From positions 1 to 64,000 of the IMG/VR virus record IMGVR_UViG_3300032315_001604: 64,000 nt of DNA. One strand, 5' to 3'. Shown here in pieces: positions 25,866 through 33,567 of this stretch (position 1 is its first letter; every line of letters starts with the position of its first letter). The stretch comes from a virus. The notes below the pieces were generated by a model. That model was not told where the DNA came from. It did not search any database and was given only the letters and a program-made list of their open reading frames with translations. Both the position numbers and the translations under genes were made by a program.

Positions 25866-26042
25866 ATGAACGAAAATGGTCCTGTATATATTCTAATGAT
25901 GATCTTTGTCCTAATAGCAATATTCATCTTTGGTGGTGCTGTTAGTGGCTCTCAATGGCAAAAAGAAGCTGTAAAAGCTGGAGTTGCTGAATGGGTAGCA
26001 GATGCGAATGGTGATGCTAAATTTCAATTTAAGACAAAATAA
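25866..26042 (+). CDS. Small membrane protein, paralog of 166-429 (not in track)
   Basis: Helix then QKEAVKAGVAEW...GDAKFQF. Confidence 0.6.
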   Translation: MNENGPVYILMMIFVLIAIFIFGGAVSGSQWQKEAVKAGVAEWVADANGDAKFQFKTK

Positions 26043-26046
26043 ATAT

Positions 26047-26229
26047 ATGATAACAAAACTAGTAGCATTAATCGCAGTAGTTGCCTCATCTATCGGATTG
26101 AGTGTGGCAACTCTTATCTATGGGTGGGGATTAGAACCGAAAAGCTGGACAGCAATTATAATTTTCGGTATATTTGGTCAAGTTGTTGTAAGCAGTCTTT
26201 ATAGAAAAATCATGGAAGATGGCAAATGA
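26047..26229 (+). CDS. Two-helix membrane protein
   Basis: Hydrophobic segments. Confidence 0.5.
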   Translation: MITKLVALIAVVASSIGLSVATLIYGWGLEPKSWTAIIIFGIFGQVVVSSLYRKIMEDGK

Positions 26230-26456
26230 AATACAGAATTAAAGAAGAAACAAAGATGGGTAAACATTACTTTTACCCTCAATATAAAAAATTCCTATTC
26301 TGGAAGAATATGACTGAACGTGATGTTAAGGATGTAGTTGTATACCCTCACCTAAAAGGAGCTAGAGATCATATTGAAATCTTTGAAGAGAGACTAAACA
26401 AGAAAAAGAAGCTTGATAGTTACAAACAAGTATTGTATCATTCCTATATATCATAG
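26226..26456 (+). CDS. Hypothetical protein
   Basis: MKYRIKEE...FYPQYKKFLFW. Confidence 0.55.
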   Translation: MKYRIKEETKMGKHYFYPQYKKFLFWKNMTERDVKDVVVYPHLKGARDHIEIFEERLNKKKKLDSYKQVLYHSYIS

Positions 26457-26717
26457 ATGAAATATAAATTTGTAGAAACTCAAGGTTGCACGGCATTTGG
26501 CTTCACTGTCAATGATGAAGACCTTGCTAATATTTCCAAAGAGAAACAAAAAGAAATTATTGATTATCTTTGTGAAAAAATGAAAGAAGAAATTGATAAA
26601 GGAACTGTTTTGTTTTCAGATATTGTTGGAGTTTTTCAAGAAACGGATCATGGTTCTGAAAAAGAACCTTGCGATCAATGCTATGATACTGTAAGTTGGA
26701 CTATATGGGAGATTTAA
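26457..26717 (+). CDS. Hypothetical protein (CxxC)
   Basis: ORF packing. Confidence 0.55.
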   Translation: MKYKFVETQGCTAFGFTVNDEDLANISKEKQKEIIDYLCEKMKEEIDKGTVLFSDIVGVFQETDHGSEKEPCDQCYDTVSWTIWEI

Positions 26718-26719
26718 AT

Positions 26720-27256
26720 ATGAATACAAATGAATATGTAAAAATATTGGAAGAAGAGTGTGGCAAAAATCAAACACACAAGAAAAAGCATATTAAAAAA
26801 AGCACAGGTATAAATGCGCTTTACATAACAGAAAAACCAGATTATAGTTGGACGATTAAAGATCGTTTGAAACTTACTTTTATTATTCTTAAAAACCGTT
26901 GGATGTTTTTGAAAAACTACAACCCTCTGGATTTTAGATCTTATGAAGAAGAATATAACCCATATGGGTTTGATAAGATCTATACTAAATTTCACAGAAC
27001 ATCAACTCCATTAACTCGTTTTAAAAATTTTTGGGGTGAATTTGAAACTACTTTAAAAAATATTAAAGATGGTTTTTTATATACCCCACTCGCTGTTAAA
27101 CACTATCAAAAAAATAAAGAAAGAATATCTTGGTTTGAAGAAAACCTTTCAAGAATGTTTGCCGATAAGTTAGATGTTGATGTTAGAAAAGAATTAGATA
27201 AACATGGATATGATCTTGACGGACAAGGTAGAATTTGTTATAAAGTAAAGGAATGA
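26720..27256 (+). CDS. Hypothetical protein
   Basis: ORF packing. Confidence 0.55.
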   Translation: MNTNEYVKILEEECGKNQTHKKKHIKKSTGINALYITEKPDYSWTIKDRLKLTFIILKNRWMFLKNYNPLDFRSYEEEYNPYGFDKIYTKFHRTSTPLTRFKNFWGEFETTLKNIKDGFLYTPLAVKHYQKNKERISWFEENLSRMFADKLDVDVRKELDKHGYDLDGQGRICYKVKE

Positions 27257-27420
27257 AAATTGTAATTCTATCTTTACTTTTAACTGGATGCACAACGCTT
27301 ACAGATAAAATGGTAAAACCTGCCATTACTGAAGATAACTATTGGAAAACTCCTTGTATTTGGGATGGAACTATTTTAAAAAAACCTTGGCTTAAAAAAA
27401 ATGAAAGTTCGAATCAATAA
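27253..27420 (+). CDS. Small lipoprotein (not in track)
   Basis: MKIVILSLLLTG-C lipobox. Confidence 0.6.
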   Translation: MKIVILSLLLTGCTTLTDKMVKPAITEDNYWKTPCIWDGTILKKPWLKKNESSNQ

Positions 27421-27802
27421 CATTGGTGCAGAGCCTGTAACGTATATTGGCAAAAGATTTGAAGAGCCAATATATGAATGCTCTATTGTAAAGTATTATT
27501 TTAATAGGTATTATGGAATGCTGGAACAATACCTGAAAGATGGCTGGGTAGATAATGGCGATTGTCTTACTTATAAGAATGCTTCTATTAGTAAGAGTTG
27601 CTTTTTGGGTAAAGAAACAAATTATGTTATAGCATTTCTTAAATACAACAAAGATGGTGGCTATACAGAACTTGAATCGGTTTGTGATAGATTGCTTTAC
27701 ATCGAAGAGGATGAGAAAAAAGATTTCTTTGAAGTTTATAAAATTGCTGATAGGATGATAATAGAGAAGGTTGACAAAGATGAAAAACAAAATTCAAATT
27801 GA
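27401..27802 (+). CDS. Hypothetical protein
   Basis: ORF packing. Confidence 0.55.
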   Translation: MKVRINNIGAEPVTYIGKRFEEPIYECSIVKYYFNRYYGMLEQYLKDGWVDNGDCLTYKNASISKSCFLGKETNYVIAFLKYNKDGGYTELESVCDRLLYIEEDEKKDFFEVYKIADRMIIEKVDKDEKQNSN

Positions 27803-27932
27803 AAAACAAATAAAAACAGCCAAATCTATTTTAAAAGATATAGAATTAAGCTATAAGAATAAAGATGGAAGATATGGTGTTTATGCATATTCCGTCCAAC
27901 ATGAAGAATTGAAAAGGTTGGAAAATTTATGA
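27780..27932 (+). CDS. Small hypothetical protein (not in track)
   Basis: 50-aa ORF, TGA overlaps next ATG. Confidence 0.45.
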   Translation: MKNKIQIEKQIKTAKSILKDIELSYKNKDGRYGVYAYSVQHEELKRLENL

Positions 27933-28054
27933 GTGATAAATTAGAAAAAATCATGGAAGAGATTGGTAAATTGACAATTACCGAACTTAACGAACTTATT
28001 AAAAGTTTAGAACCTATCTTTACACCAAAAGAAGAAAATACATTGACTGATTAA
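27929..28054 (+). CDS. Ribosomal protein bL12 N-terminal-domain-only mini-protein, 41 aa (not in track)
   Basis: MSDKLEKIMEEIGKLTITELNELIKSLEPIF matches the L7/L12 dimerisation helices (I..I.KLT..EL.EL.K.LE..F); no hinge or CTD. Confidence 0.65.
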   Translation: MSDKLEKIMEEIGKLTITELNELIKSLEPIFTPKEENTLTD

Positions 28055-28070
28055 ATATATCTGGTAAATT
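28043..28070 (+). promoter_or_regulatory. sigma70-type promoter for ncRNA/tRNA-Asn
   Basis: TTGACT-16nt-TAAATT with TG extension. Confidence 0.55.
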
Positions 28071-28077
28071 AGATATA

Positions 28078-28089
28078 GTTCTTTGAAAA
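28078..28089 (+). promoter_or_regulatory. boxA-like element
   Basis: GTTCTTTGAAAA right after the predicted start site. Confidence 0.6.
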
Positions 28090-28101
28090 ATTTAAAAAAG
28101 T

Positions 28102-28673
28102 TTAGTGCTGGATAGTCGGACCAGCACTAAAAATCCTGATGCGAAACCCATCAGGTCAGAGATAGGTTTAACCAATTAACAACTCTGCAATAAATGGATT
28201 GGTTTATAAAAAGGTATGCAACTCTACCTCTCTATATAACGGATACGTGTCCGTGTTCTGATCAGACATATAGAGTCCCATAGTGGATAGCTTGGAAGCG
28301 AAAAAAAAGAGTGTAGGTTCTGGGTAAACCAAAGCTATATAGGCTAAAACTCTTGTCCCGAAAGGGGTAAAGGTTCTGTGTTCTTCTGTTGTTGGCTTAT
28401 TGCCAACCAGAAGCCAGCAGTTTAAGGCGCAACTTAAACATCAGTCTGGTCCTGTTTGCGACAAAAACACCAATTTTAAGCCGAGAATCCTAACGAGATT
28501 CTAGTCAGAACCCACTGATGAGATGAAGCTGGTCGTTCCAGTAATAAGGGGGATGGTTGCCATGACCCGCATACGGTGTGCGTAAGTTGACTCGTCTGAA
28601 AAGATAGGGAGTCCGTGCTTGATTCCAGAAGGAAAAATCCGAAAGGAAAATGATGGTATGTAAAGACAGCCGA
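28102..28673 (+). ncRNA. Large structured ncRNA candidate (GOLLD/ROOL size class)
   Basis: No credible ORF; at least 10 hairpins incl. a perfect 10-bp stem and GNRA loops; ends a few nt before tRNA-Asn. Confidence 0.75.
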
Positions 28674-28679
28674 ATTTTT

Positions 28680-28751
28680 TGATGCGTAGCTCAATGGTAG
28701 AGCACTTGGCTGTTAACCAGGCTGTTGTAGGTTCGAGTCCTACCGCATCAG
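28680..28751 (+). tRNA. tRNA-Asn(GTT)
   Basis: CTTGG-CTGTTAA-CCAGG; U1:A72; G73. Confidence 0.9.
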
Positions 28752-28762
28752 TAATTATTATT

Positions 28763-28882
28763 GTGAAAAAACTATTATATACTATTATATTTGTTAGTAT
28801 TTGTTTACTTGTTTCTGGATGTTATAGCACAAAATCTATGGGCGATTCAGAAAAAGCAGATAAATATCTTTTCGTGTATTAA
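28763..28882 (+). CDS. Small lipoprotein
   Basis: GTG start; signal peptide ending LVSG-C. Confidence 0.55.
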   Translation: MKKLLYTIIFVSICLLVSGCYSTKSMGDSEKADKYLFVY

Positions 28883-28961
28883 CTAACGCTAAAAATAATA
28901 AAATTTGGCATTAATTAATTTTTAAATAGACAAAAAACCAATTCGTGATAAAATAACAATA

Positions 28962-29111
28962 ATGAAAAAATATTGCACGTTTCCAGATGAAACCAAAATC
29001 GAACTTCATTCAATTTTGGATGTAACTGATACTCATACTTGTATCTGTTACAATGATGAAAATATTTCCCAAATACTTTGGGTTCCTAACGATTTTATTG
29101 TTAATGATTAA
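28962..29111 (+). CDS. Small hypothetical protein (not in track)
   Basis: 49-aa ORF overlapping next start. Confidence 0.4.
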   Translation: MKKYCTFPDETKIELHSILDVTDTHTCICYNDENISQILWVPNDFIVND

Positions 29112-29625
29112 TAGTAGAAATGATCTGTTTAGTCTTTTAAATGGATCCGAAAATATTGGAATAGAATTAGGAGTAGCAAAGGGAAGATACTCAAAAACAA
29201 TGGTTGATTCTGGAAAGTTTTCCAAAGTATACGGAGTAGATCGTTATACGGATCATCACGATTCAAAAGAATATATATCAGCAATATCTTATATTGGTTT
29301 AGATAAACCTTATGTATTAATTCGTTCTACTTTTGATGAGGCATTAACTTTGTTTGAAGATGGATATTTTGATTTTATATATGTCGATGGTTATGCTCAC
29401 ACTGGACAAGAAGAAGGAAAAACTTTGTATTCTTGGTATAGAAAACTAAAAAAGAATGGCGTTTTTGCTGGTCATGATTATCATGAAAAATGGCATTTGA
29501 CTAAAAAATCAGTAGATGATTTTGTTGCTGAAAACAATTTAACTTTAAACATAACTTCCGAAGAAAACGATGAAAAAAACTGTTTGTATCCATCGTGGTA
29601 TGTGCTAAAGTATTTTTATGATTAA
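29104..29625 (+). CDS. Class I SAM-dependent methyltransferase (Methyltransf_24-like)
   Basis: IELGVAKG, GVDRY, FDFIYVDG, AGHDY. Confidence 0.85.
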   Translation: MINSRNDLFSLLNGSENIGIELGVAKGRYSKTMVDSGKFSKVYGVDRYTDHHDSKEYISAISYIGLDKPYVLIRSTFDEALTLFEDGYFDFIYVDGYAHTGQEEGKTLYSWYRKLKKNGVFAGHDYHEKWHLTKKSVDDFVAENNLTLNITSEENDEKNCLYPSWYVLKYFYD

Positions 29626-30631
29626 ACACGTTGATGTTATCGTCGGTCTTGCTTGGGGGGATGAAGGCAAGGGTAAAATCTCAAGTGCAATGGCGAAAGA
29701 CTATGATATGGTCTGTCGTTGGAATGGTGGACCAAATGCTGGTCATACTGTTTATTTGGATGGTAAAAAATATAAAACTCATCTGATTCCTTCTGGTGTT
29801 TTTCATGGAAAGAAATCTGTTATTGGTCCAAACTGTGTTTTGAATATCGATAAATTTCTCAAAGAAATTGAATATTTAAAACAAAATGGTTTTGATACAT
29901 CTTTGGTCAAAGTTCATCCAAATGTTCATGTGATTACAGATGCACACATTGAATATGATTTAAAACATTTGAAACCCAAACTTGGAACTACTGGTCAAGG
30001 TATTGCTCCTTGCTATGCAGATAAAGCAAATCGTGTTGGTATTCAAATTAGAAATATGAGTTTTGCTCCTTTGAAAGATTTTATTTGGGATGGAAAATTA
30101 GAAGGAAAAATTCTTTGTGAAGGTGCTCAAAGTATCTGGTTGGATATCAATTATGGCGATTATCCTTATGTTACAAGTTCTGAAACATTTCCTCACAATG
30201 CTTGTTCGCTAGGATTTTCTCCCAAGAAAATTCGTGACATTATCGGCGTGGCAAAAATTTACGATACCAAAAGTGGTGTCGATCCTCTGTTTCCAGAATG
30301 TCTTTGGAATGATGCAAGACTCAATCAACTAATTGAACTTGGGGGAGAGTTTGGATCTACGACAGGTAGAAAGCGAATTGTAAATTGGTTAAACTTTGGA
30401 AGATTAAACAATGCTATTAATCTTTCAGGTTCAACCAAAGTAATCATCAATAAATGTGATGTGTTTGAAAAGGTTGGAATCTTCAGAATCAATAATTTTC
30501 ATGAAACATCTTTGGAAACAAATTCTTTTGATCAACTAAAAGATATCATTAAGAAGTCTTTGGTAAATCAAAACATCAACGGATTAAAGCCAAACAATAT
30601 TATTTTCTCTGGTGATCAGACGCATATTTAA
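29618..30631 (+). CDS. purA: Adenylosuccinate synthetase (short form)
   Basis: WGDEGKGK, GGPNAGHT, GTTGQGI, EGAQ, YPYVTSS, GSTTGRKR. Confidence 0.92.
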   Translation: MIKHVDVIVGLAWGDEGKGKISSAMAKDYDMVCRWNGGPNAGHTVYLDGKKYKTHLIPSGVFHGKKSVIGPNCVLNIDKFLKEIEYLKQNGFDTSLVKVHPNVHVITDAHIEYDLKHLKPKLGTTGQGIAPCYADKANRVGIQIRNMSFAPLKDFIWDGKLEGKILCEGAQSIWLDINYGDYPYVTSSETFPHNACSLGFSPKKIRDIIGVAKIYDTKSGVDPLFPECLWNDARLNQLIELGGEFGSTTGRKRIVNWLNFGRLNNAINLSGSTKVIINKCDVFEKVGIFRINNFHETSLETNSFDQLKDIIKKSLVNQNINGLKPNNIIFSGDQTHI

Positions 30632-30964
30632 CTATTTTGCAAACTTTTGTGCTATTTTATCTTGTATTGATGCACTCATATCTACGAATGTAGATTCTTT
30701 TGCAAAATCAAATAAAAGTCTTTGAATTAACATATATTTTTGGTCTAAATCTTCTGGAGATAGTGAATATTTTTCGGAAAAATGTTTTAATACATCAGGA
30801 TTTTTTAATGCTTTATCAACAAATTCGTATAAAAAATTGGATATAAGTACATCTAATTTATCAGCTTCTTCAAAGCGAAAATTTTGATAGCTAGACATAA
30901 CAGAAGGATTCGAAATATCTTCGTTATAAATATTTTCCAATAAAATTTGATCTTTACTTTTCAT
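30632..30964 (-). CDS. Hypothetical protein, putative internal head protein
   Basis: MKSKDQILLENIYNE; TAAGTA box upstream on minus strand. Confidence 0.55.
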   Translation of the reverse strand: MKSKDQILLENIYNEDISNPSVMSSYQNFRFEEADKLDVLISNFLYEFVDKALKNPDVLKHFSEKYSLSPEDLDQKYMLIQRLLFDFAKESTFVDMSASIQDKIAQKFAK

Positions 30965-31007
30965 TATGTTATACTTACATTAGTTTTCATCAATTTAAAA
31001 GATAAAT

Positions 31008-31196
31008 ATGAATATAGTGAACGTGGCAAATACTTCTTTATATAAAGAATTCTTGGCAATGAAAGAAGAAGTCATGAAGCACAAGTGGTATGAATCCGAA
31101 AAAGCAGGATGTGATATCGGCTTCGCAAGAGCAGTGATTGATTGGACAATGAGGTTTAAAACTCAGTGGATTAAAAATAGAAAAAAGAAAAATTAA
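31008..31196 (+). CDS. DUF4032-like small protein
   Basis: SLYKEF...EEVMKHKWYESEKAGCDIGFARAVIDW. Confidence 0.6.
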   Translation: MNIVNVANTSLYKEFLAMKEEVMKHKWYESEKAGCDIGFARAVIDWTMRFKTQWIKNRKKKN

Positions 31197-31238
31197 AAAT
31201 CCTTGTATAATTTTTAAAATCTGTCATAATTATAGTCT

Positions 31239-31772
31239 ATGGTTAAAACATATATCAAACTAATGGTAGTTGGACTCTTCGCTTTGACATCTACTGTCAT
31301 GGCTGGTTCTGACTTTAAATCAAACAAAGAAGTCGTTGTTAACGATTGTCGCTTCCGCAACAATGAGTTGCAACTCGACCTCTTTGGTTCTGGTGCGTTT
31401 TATCAACAAGGACAACCTCTTTGGGGTGGCGGTGTAGGCTTGAACTACTTCTTCCTCAAATATGTTGGTCTTGGTGTTGAACAAACCTTGGCAGGACGCG
31501 AAGAAGGTGGAACCGAATGGGGAACTTTCGGAAACTTTTTCCTTCGCTATCCTATTTGCTCTTGGAATATTGCTCCTTATGCTATCGCTGGCCTTGGAGC
31601 CGTTTATTCTAATGGCAGAGAAGGAACTCTTGCTGGAACAGTTGGTGGCGGTATCGAATATCGTATCACCGACAATATCGGTATCTTTACTGATGCTCGC
31701 TGGCTTTATAACACCAGCAACGGCAACAGCGGAGCAGTTCTTGCTCGTACTGGTATCAAGTTTGCTTTTTAA
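31239..31772 (+). CDS. Outer-membrane beta-barrel (8-stranded porin-like) protein
   Basis: Signal peptide, alternating Gly/aromatic strands, terminal Phe (GIKFAF). Confidence 0.8.
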   Translation: MVKTYIKLMVVGLFALTSTVMAGSDFKSNKEVVVNDCRFRNNELQLDLFGSGAFYQQGQPLWGGGVGLNYFFLKYVGLGVEQTLAGREEGGTEWGTFGNFFLRYPICSWNIAPYAIAGLGAVYSNGREGTLAGTVGGGIEYRITDNIGIFTDARWLYNTSNGNSGAVLARTGIKFAF

Positions 31773-31786
31773 TTAAAGTAACTTTA

Positions 31787-31857
31787 TGGCTCGTAGTGTA
31801 ACGGTAACACCAGAGAATTTGGATCTCTTATTCATAGTTCGAATCTATGCGAGCCAG
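31787..31857 (+). tRNA. tRNA-Gln(TTG)
   Basis: AGAGA-ATTTGGA-TCTCT; U1:A72; G73. Confidence 0.88.
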
Positions 31858-31861
31858 TTTT

Positions 31862-31944
31862 GGGTAAGCGGTAACGTTGGAGAGTTACTTCAGACTGTAA
31901 ATCTGACGCCATTGGCTTAGTAGGTTCGAATCCTACCTTACCCA
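31862..31944 (+). tRNA. tRNA-Tyr(GTA)
   Basis: TCAGA-CTGTAAA-TCTGA; extended variable arm; A73. Confidence 0.9.
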
Positions 31945-31964
31945 CTTTCTTTGAAAATTTTAAA

Positions 31965-32057
31965 AGTCCTATAGTTTAACGGTAAAACAGCACTCTTATA
32001 CAGTGTAAGCTGGGCGACTCTGGCGTGATGAAGGTTCGAATCCTTCTAGGACTACCA
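31965..32057 (+). tRNA. tRNA-Ile(TAT) with long variable arm
   Basis: GCACT-CTTATAC-AGTGT; 23-nt variable region; A73 and CCA. Confidence 0.75.
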
Positions 32058-32104
32058 TTTATATGTAGTTGTATATCCTCTGTATTTTTATAAGTAAATA
32101 TAAT

Positions 32105-33565
32105 ATGTCCGAATTGGAAGACAGCATTATAGATTTATATAGAGAAGCATTAAATTCTAAAAATAATAACAAAGAAGATTTGATTAAAGAAGTATCAAAT
32201 TCTGTCGAATTGTTAAAAAACGATATTGTTGTCGAACAAAAAGATTCCAACGATCCTCTGGAAAAATTTCTTTTTAAACTTACAGGTATTTTAAAAGAAA
32301 ATAAAAAAAGTGAAGAACCTTCATTGATTGAAGAAATAACAGAAACATTTGAAATTCAAGAGGATACAACTGTTAAAAAAATAAAAGAAGAAAAAACCAA
32401 AAATGTTTCTGAAGATATTGAAGAAAAAAACGATCCATTAGAAAATTTTCTTTTCAAACTCAATGATATTTTAGTCACAAAGAAAAACGAAACAGTTAAA
32501 AACTCTGCTTTAAATTTAATTGAGCAATTAAAAAACAAAGAAGACGAACCTAAAAAAATAGAAATAGAACAAAAACCAAAAGAAGTTCCTTTACCTCCTC
32601 AACCAGAATTGGGACAAGTTCCGAATGTTACACCACCGCTTGATGTTCTTAAAAAAAGAGCTAAACCCTTACCTAAAAAGAAAAACGATTATGTAAAAGA
32701 ATTAGAAAGTGCAGACAAAGATTTACCAAAAATACCAAAAGAATCGGAACAGCAAAAAACAATAAAAGAAGAAGTTCAAAAACACATTAAAGAATTTTTA
32801 GGCAAATACAGAAATGGTGTAGTTGCTGAAGGTGGTGGTGGTGATGGAAATTTTTCTACCGAATTTAAAAACGGTGGAACAATGAATGGAGATTTAAATG
32901 TTTTAGGTCAATATCTCTCAGGTGGCGTTGATCTTGCAACTATTTTTAGTGGAGGTGGTGGGGGTTCCAGTGACAGATTAATAGCAGGATTACAACAATT
33001 AATTTTAAATTCAGATGGAACTTTAACATTTCCTGATGACACAATTCGCACATCTGATGGAAAACTTTTATCAATTGAAGCGGAAACTTTAGCACTATCA
33101 GCATTTACAAAAATAGCATTATCTGGAAATGCATTTTATGCATATGATTCAAATGGAAATGCAATAACATTTGATACTATAGATAACGAAATTGTTTTAA
33201 CAACACAAGGAACAAACAGTTGGACGTTTGGTGATGATGGAAAACTTTCAGGACCAAATAATATTTTAGAGATTAATGGAAATTTAAATACATCCAACAA
33301 AATACTTTCTGGTGGTGTAGATCTTGCAAATATATTTTTAACCCAAGTTGTTTCATCAACGTTTTTACCAAATGTTAGACAATTTGATTATGTACAAATT
33401 AATGAGAATAGTTATTCTTATTGTGGGAGCGCACCATACGGATCTTTAACTTCTGATAGTACATGGACTATTAAGCGTTTATTGTTTACAAGCGTGGGAA
33501 CATTTCTTTCTGGTGGTACAGTTTACAATTCTGTTTGGAATAATAGATATTCTTATAGTTACTAA
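32105..33565 (+). CDS. Structural protein: charged N-half fused to fibre-like C-half
   Basis: Repeated DPLExFLFKL; GGGG hinges; repeated LSGGVDLAxIF; C-terminal GSAPYGS...WTIKR...WNNR. Confidence 0.6.
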   Translation: MSELEDSIIDLYREALNSKNNNKEDLIKEVSNSVELLKNDIVVEQKDSNDPLEKFLFKLTGILKENKKSEEPSLIEEITETFEIQEDTTVKKIKEEKTKNVSEDIEEKNDPLENFLFKLNDILVTKKNETVKNSALNLIEQLKNKEDEPKKIEIEQKPKEVPLPPQPELGQVPNVTPPLDVLKKRAKPLPKKKNDYVKELESADKDLPKIPKESEQQKTIKEEVQKHIKEFLGKYRNGVVAEGGGGDGNFSTEFKNGGTMNGDLNVLGQYLSGGVDLATIFSGGGGGSSDRLIAGLQQLILNSDGTLTFPDDTIRTSDGKLLSIEAETLALSAFTKIALSGNAFYAYDSNGNAITFDTIDNEIVLTTQGTNSWTFGDDGKLSGPNNILEINGNLNTSNKILSGGVDLANIFLTQVVSSTFLPNVRQFDYVQINENSYSYCGSAPYGSLTSDSTWTIKRLLFTSVGTFLSGGTVYNSVWNNRYSYSY

Positions 33566-33567
33566 AT

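Noticed and set aside
28516-28560. Hammerhead ribozyme core CTGATGAG
   Set aside because: No stem II followed by GAAA and no NUH site in the required arrangement.
28460-28625. RNase P RNA (AGGGAGTCCGTGC resembles GAGGAAAGUCC; TAAGCCGAG resembles the 3-prime motif reversed)
   Set aside because: The two motifs are on opposite strands and the 5-prime-like motif leaves only about 60 nt before tRNA-Asn.
28476-28882. Track ORFs 28476..28694 (minus) and the 28679 start
   Set aside because: They run through the structured RNA and tRNA-Asn; only 28763-28882 looks coding.
29618-30631. PurZ (2-aminoadenine Z-genome pathway)
   Set aside because: The catalytic loop is canonical PurA GDEGKGK with Asp, not the Ser-type PurZ motif.
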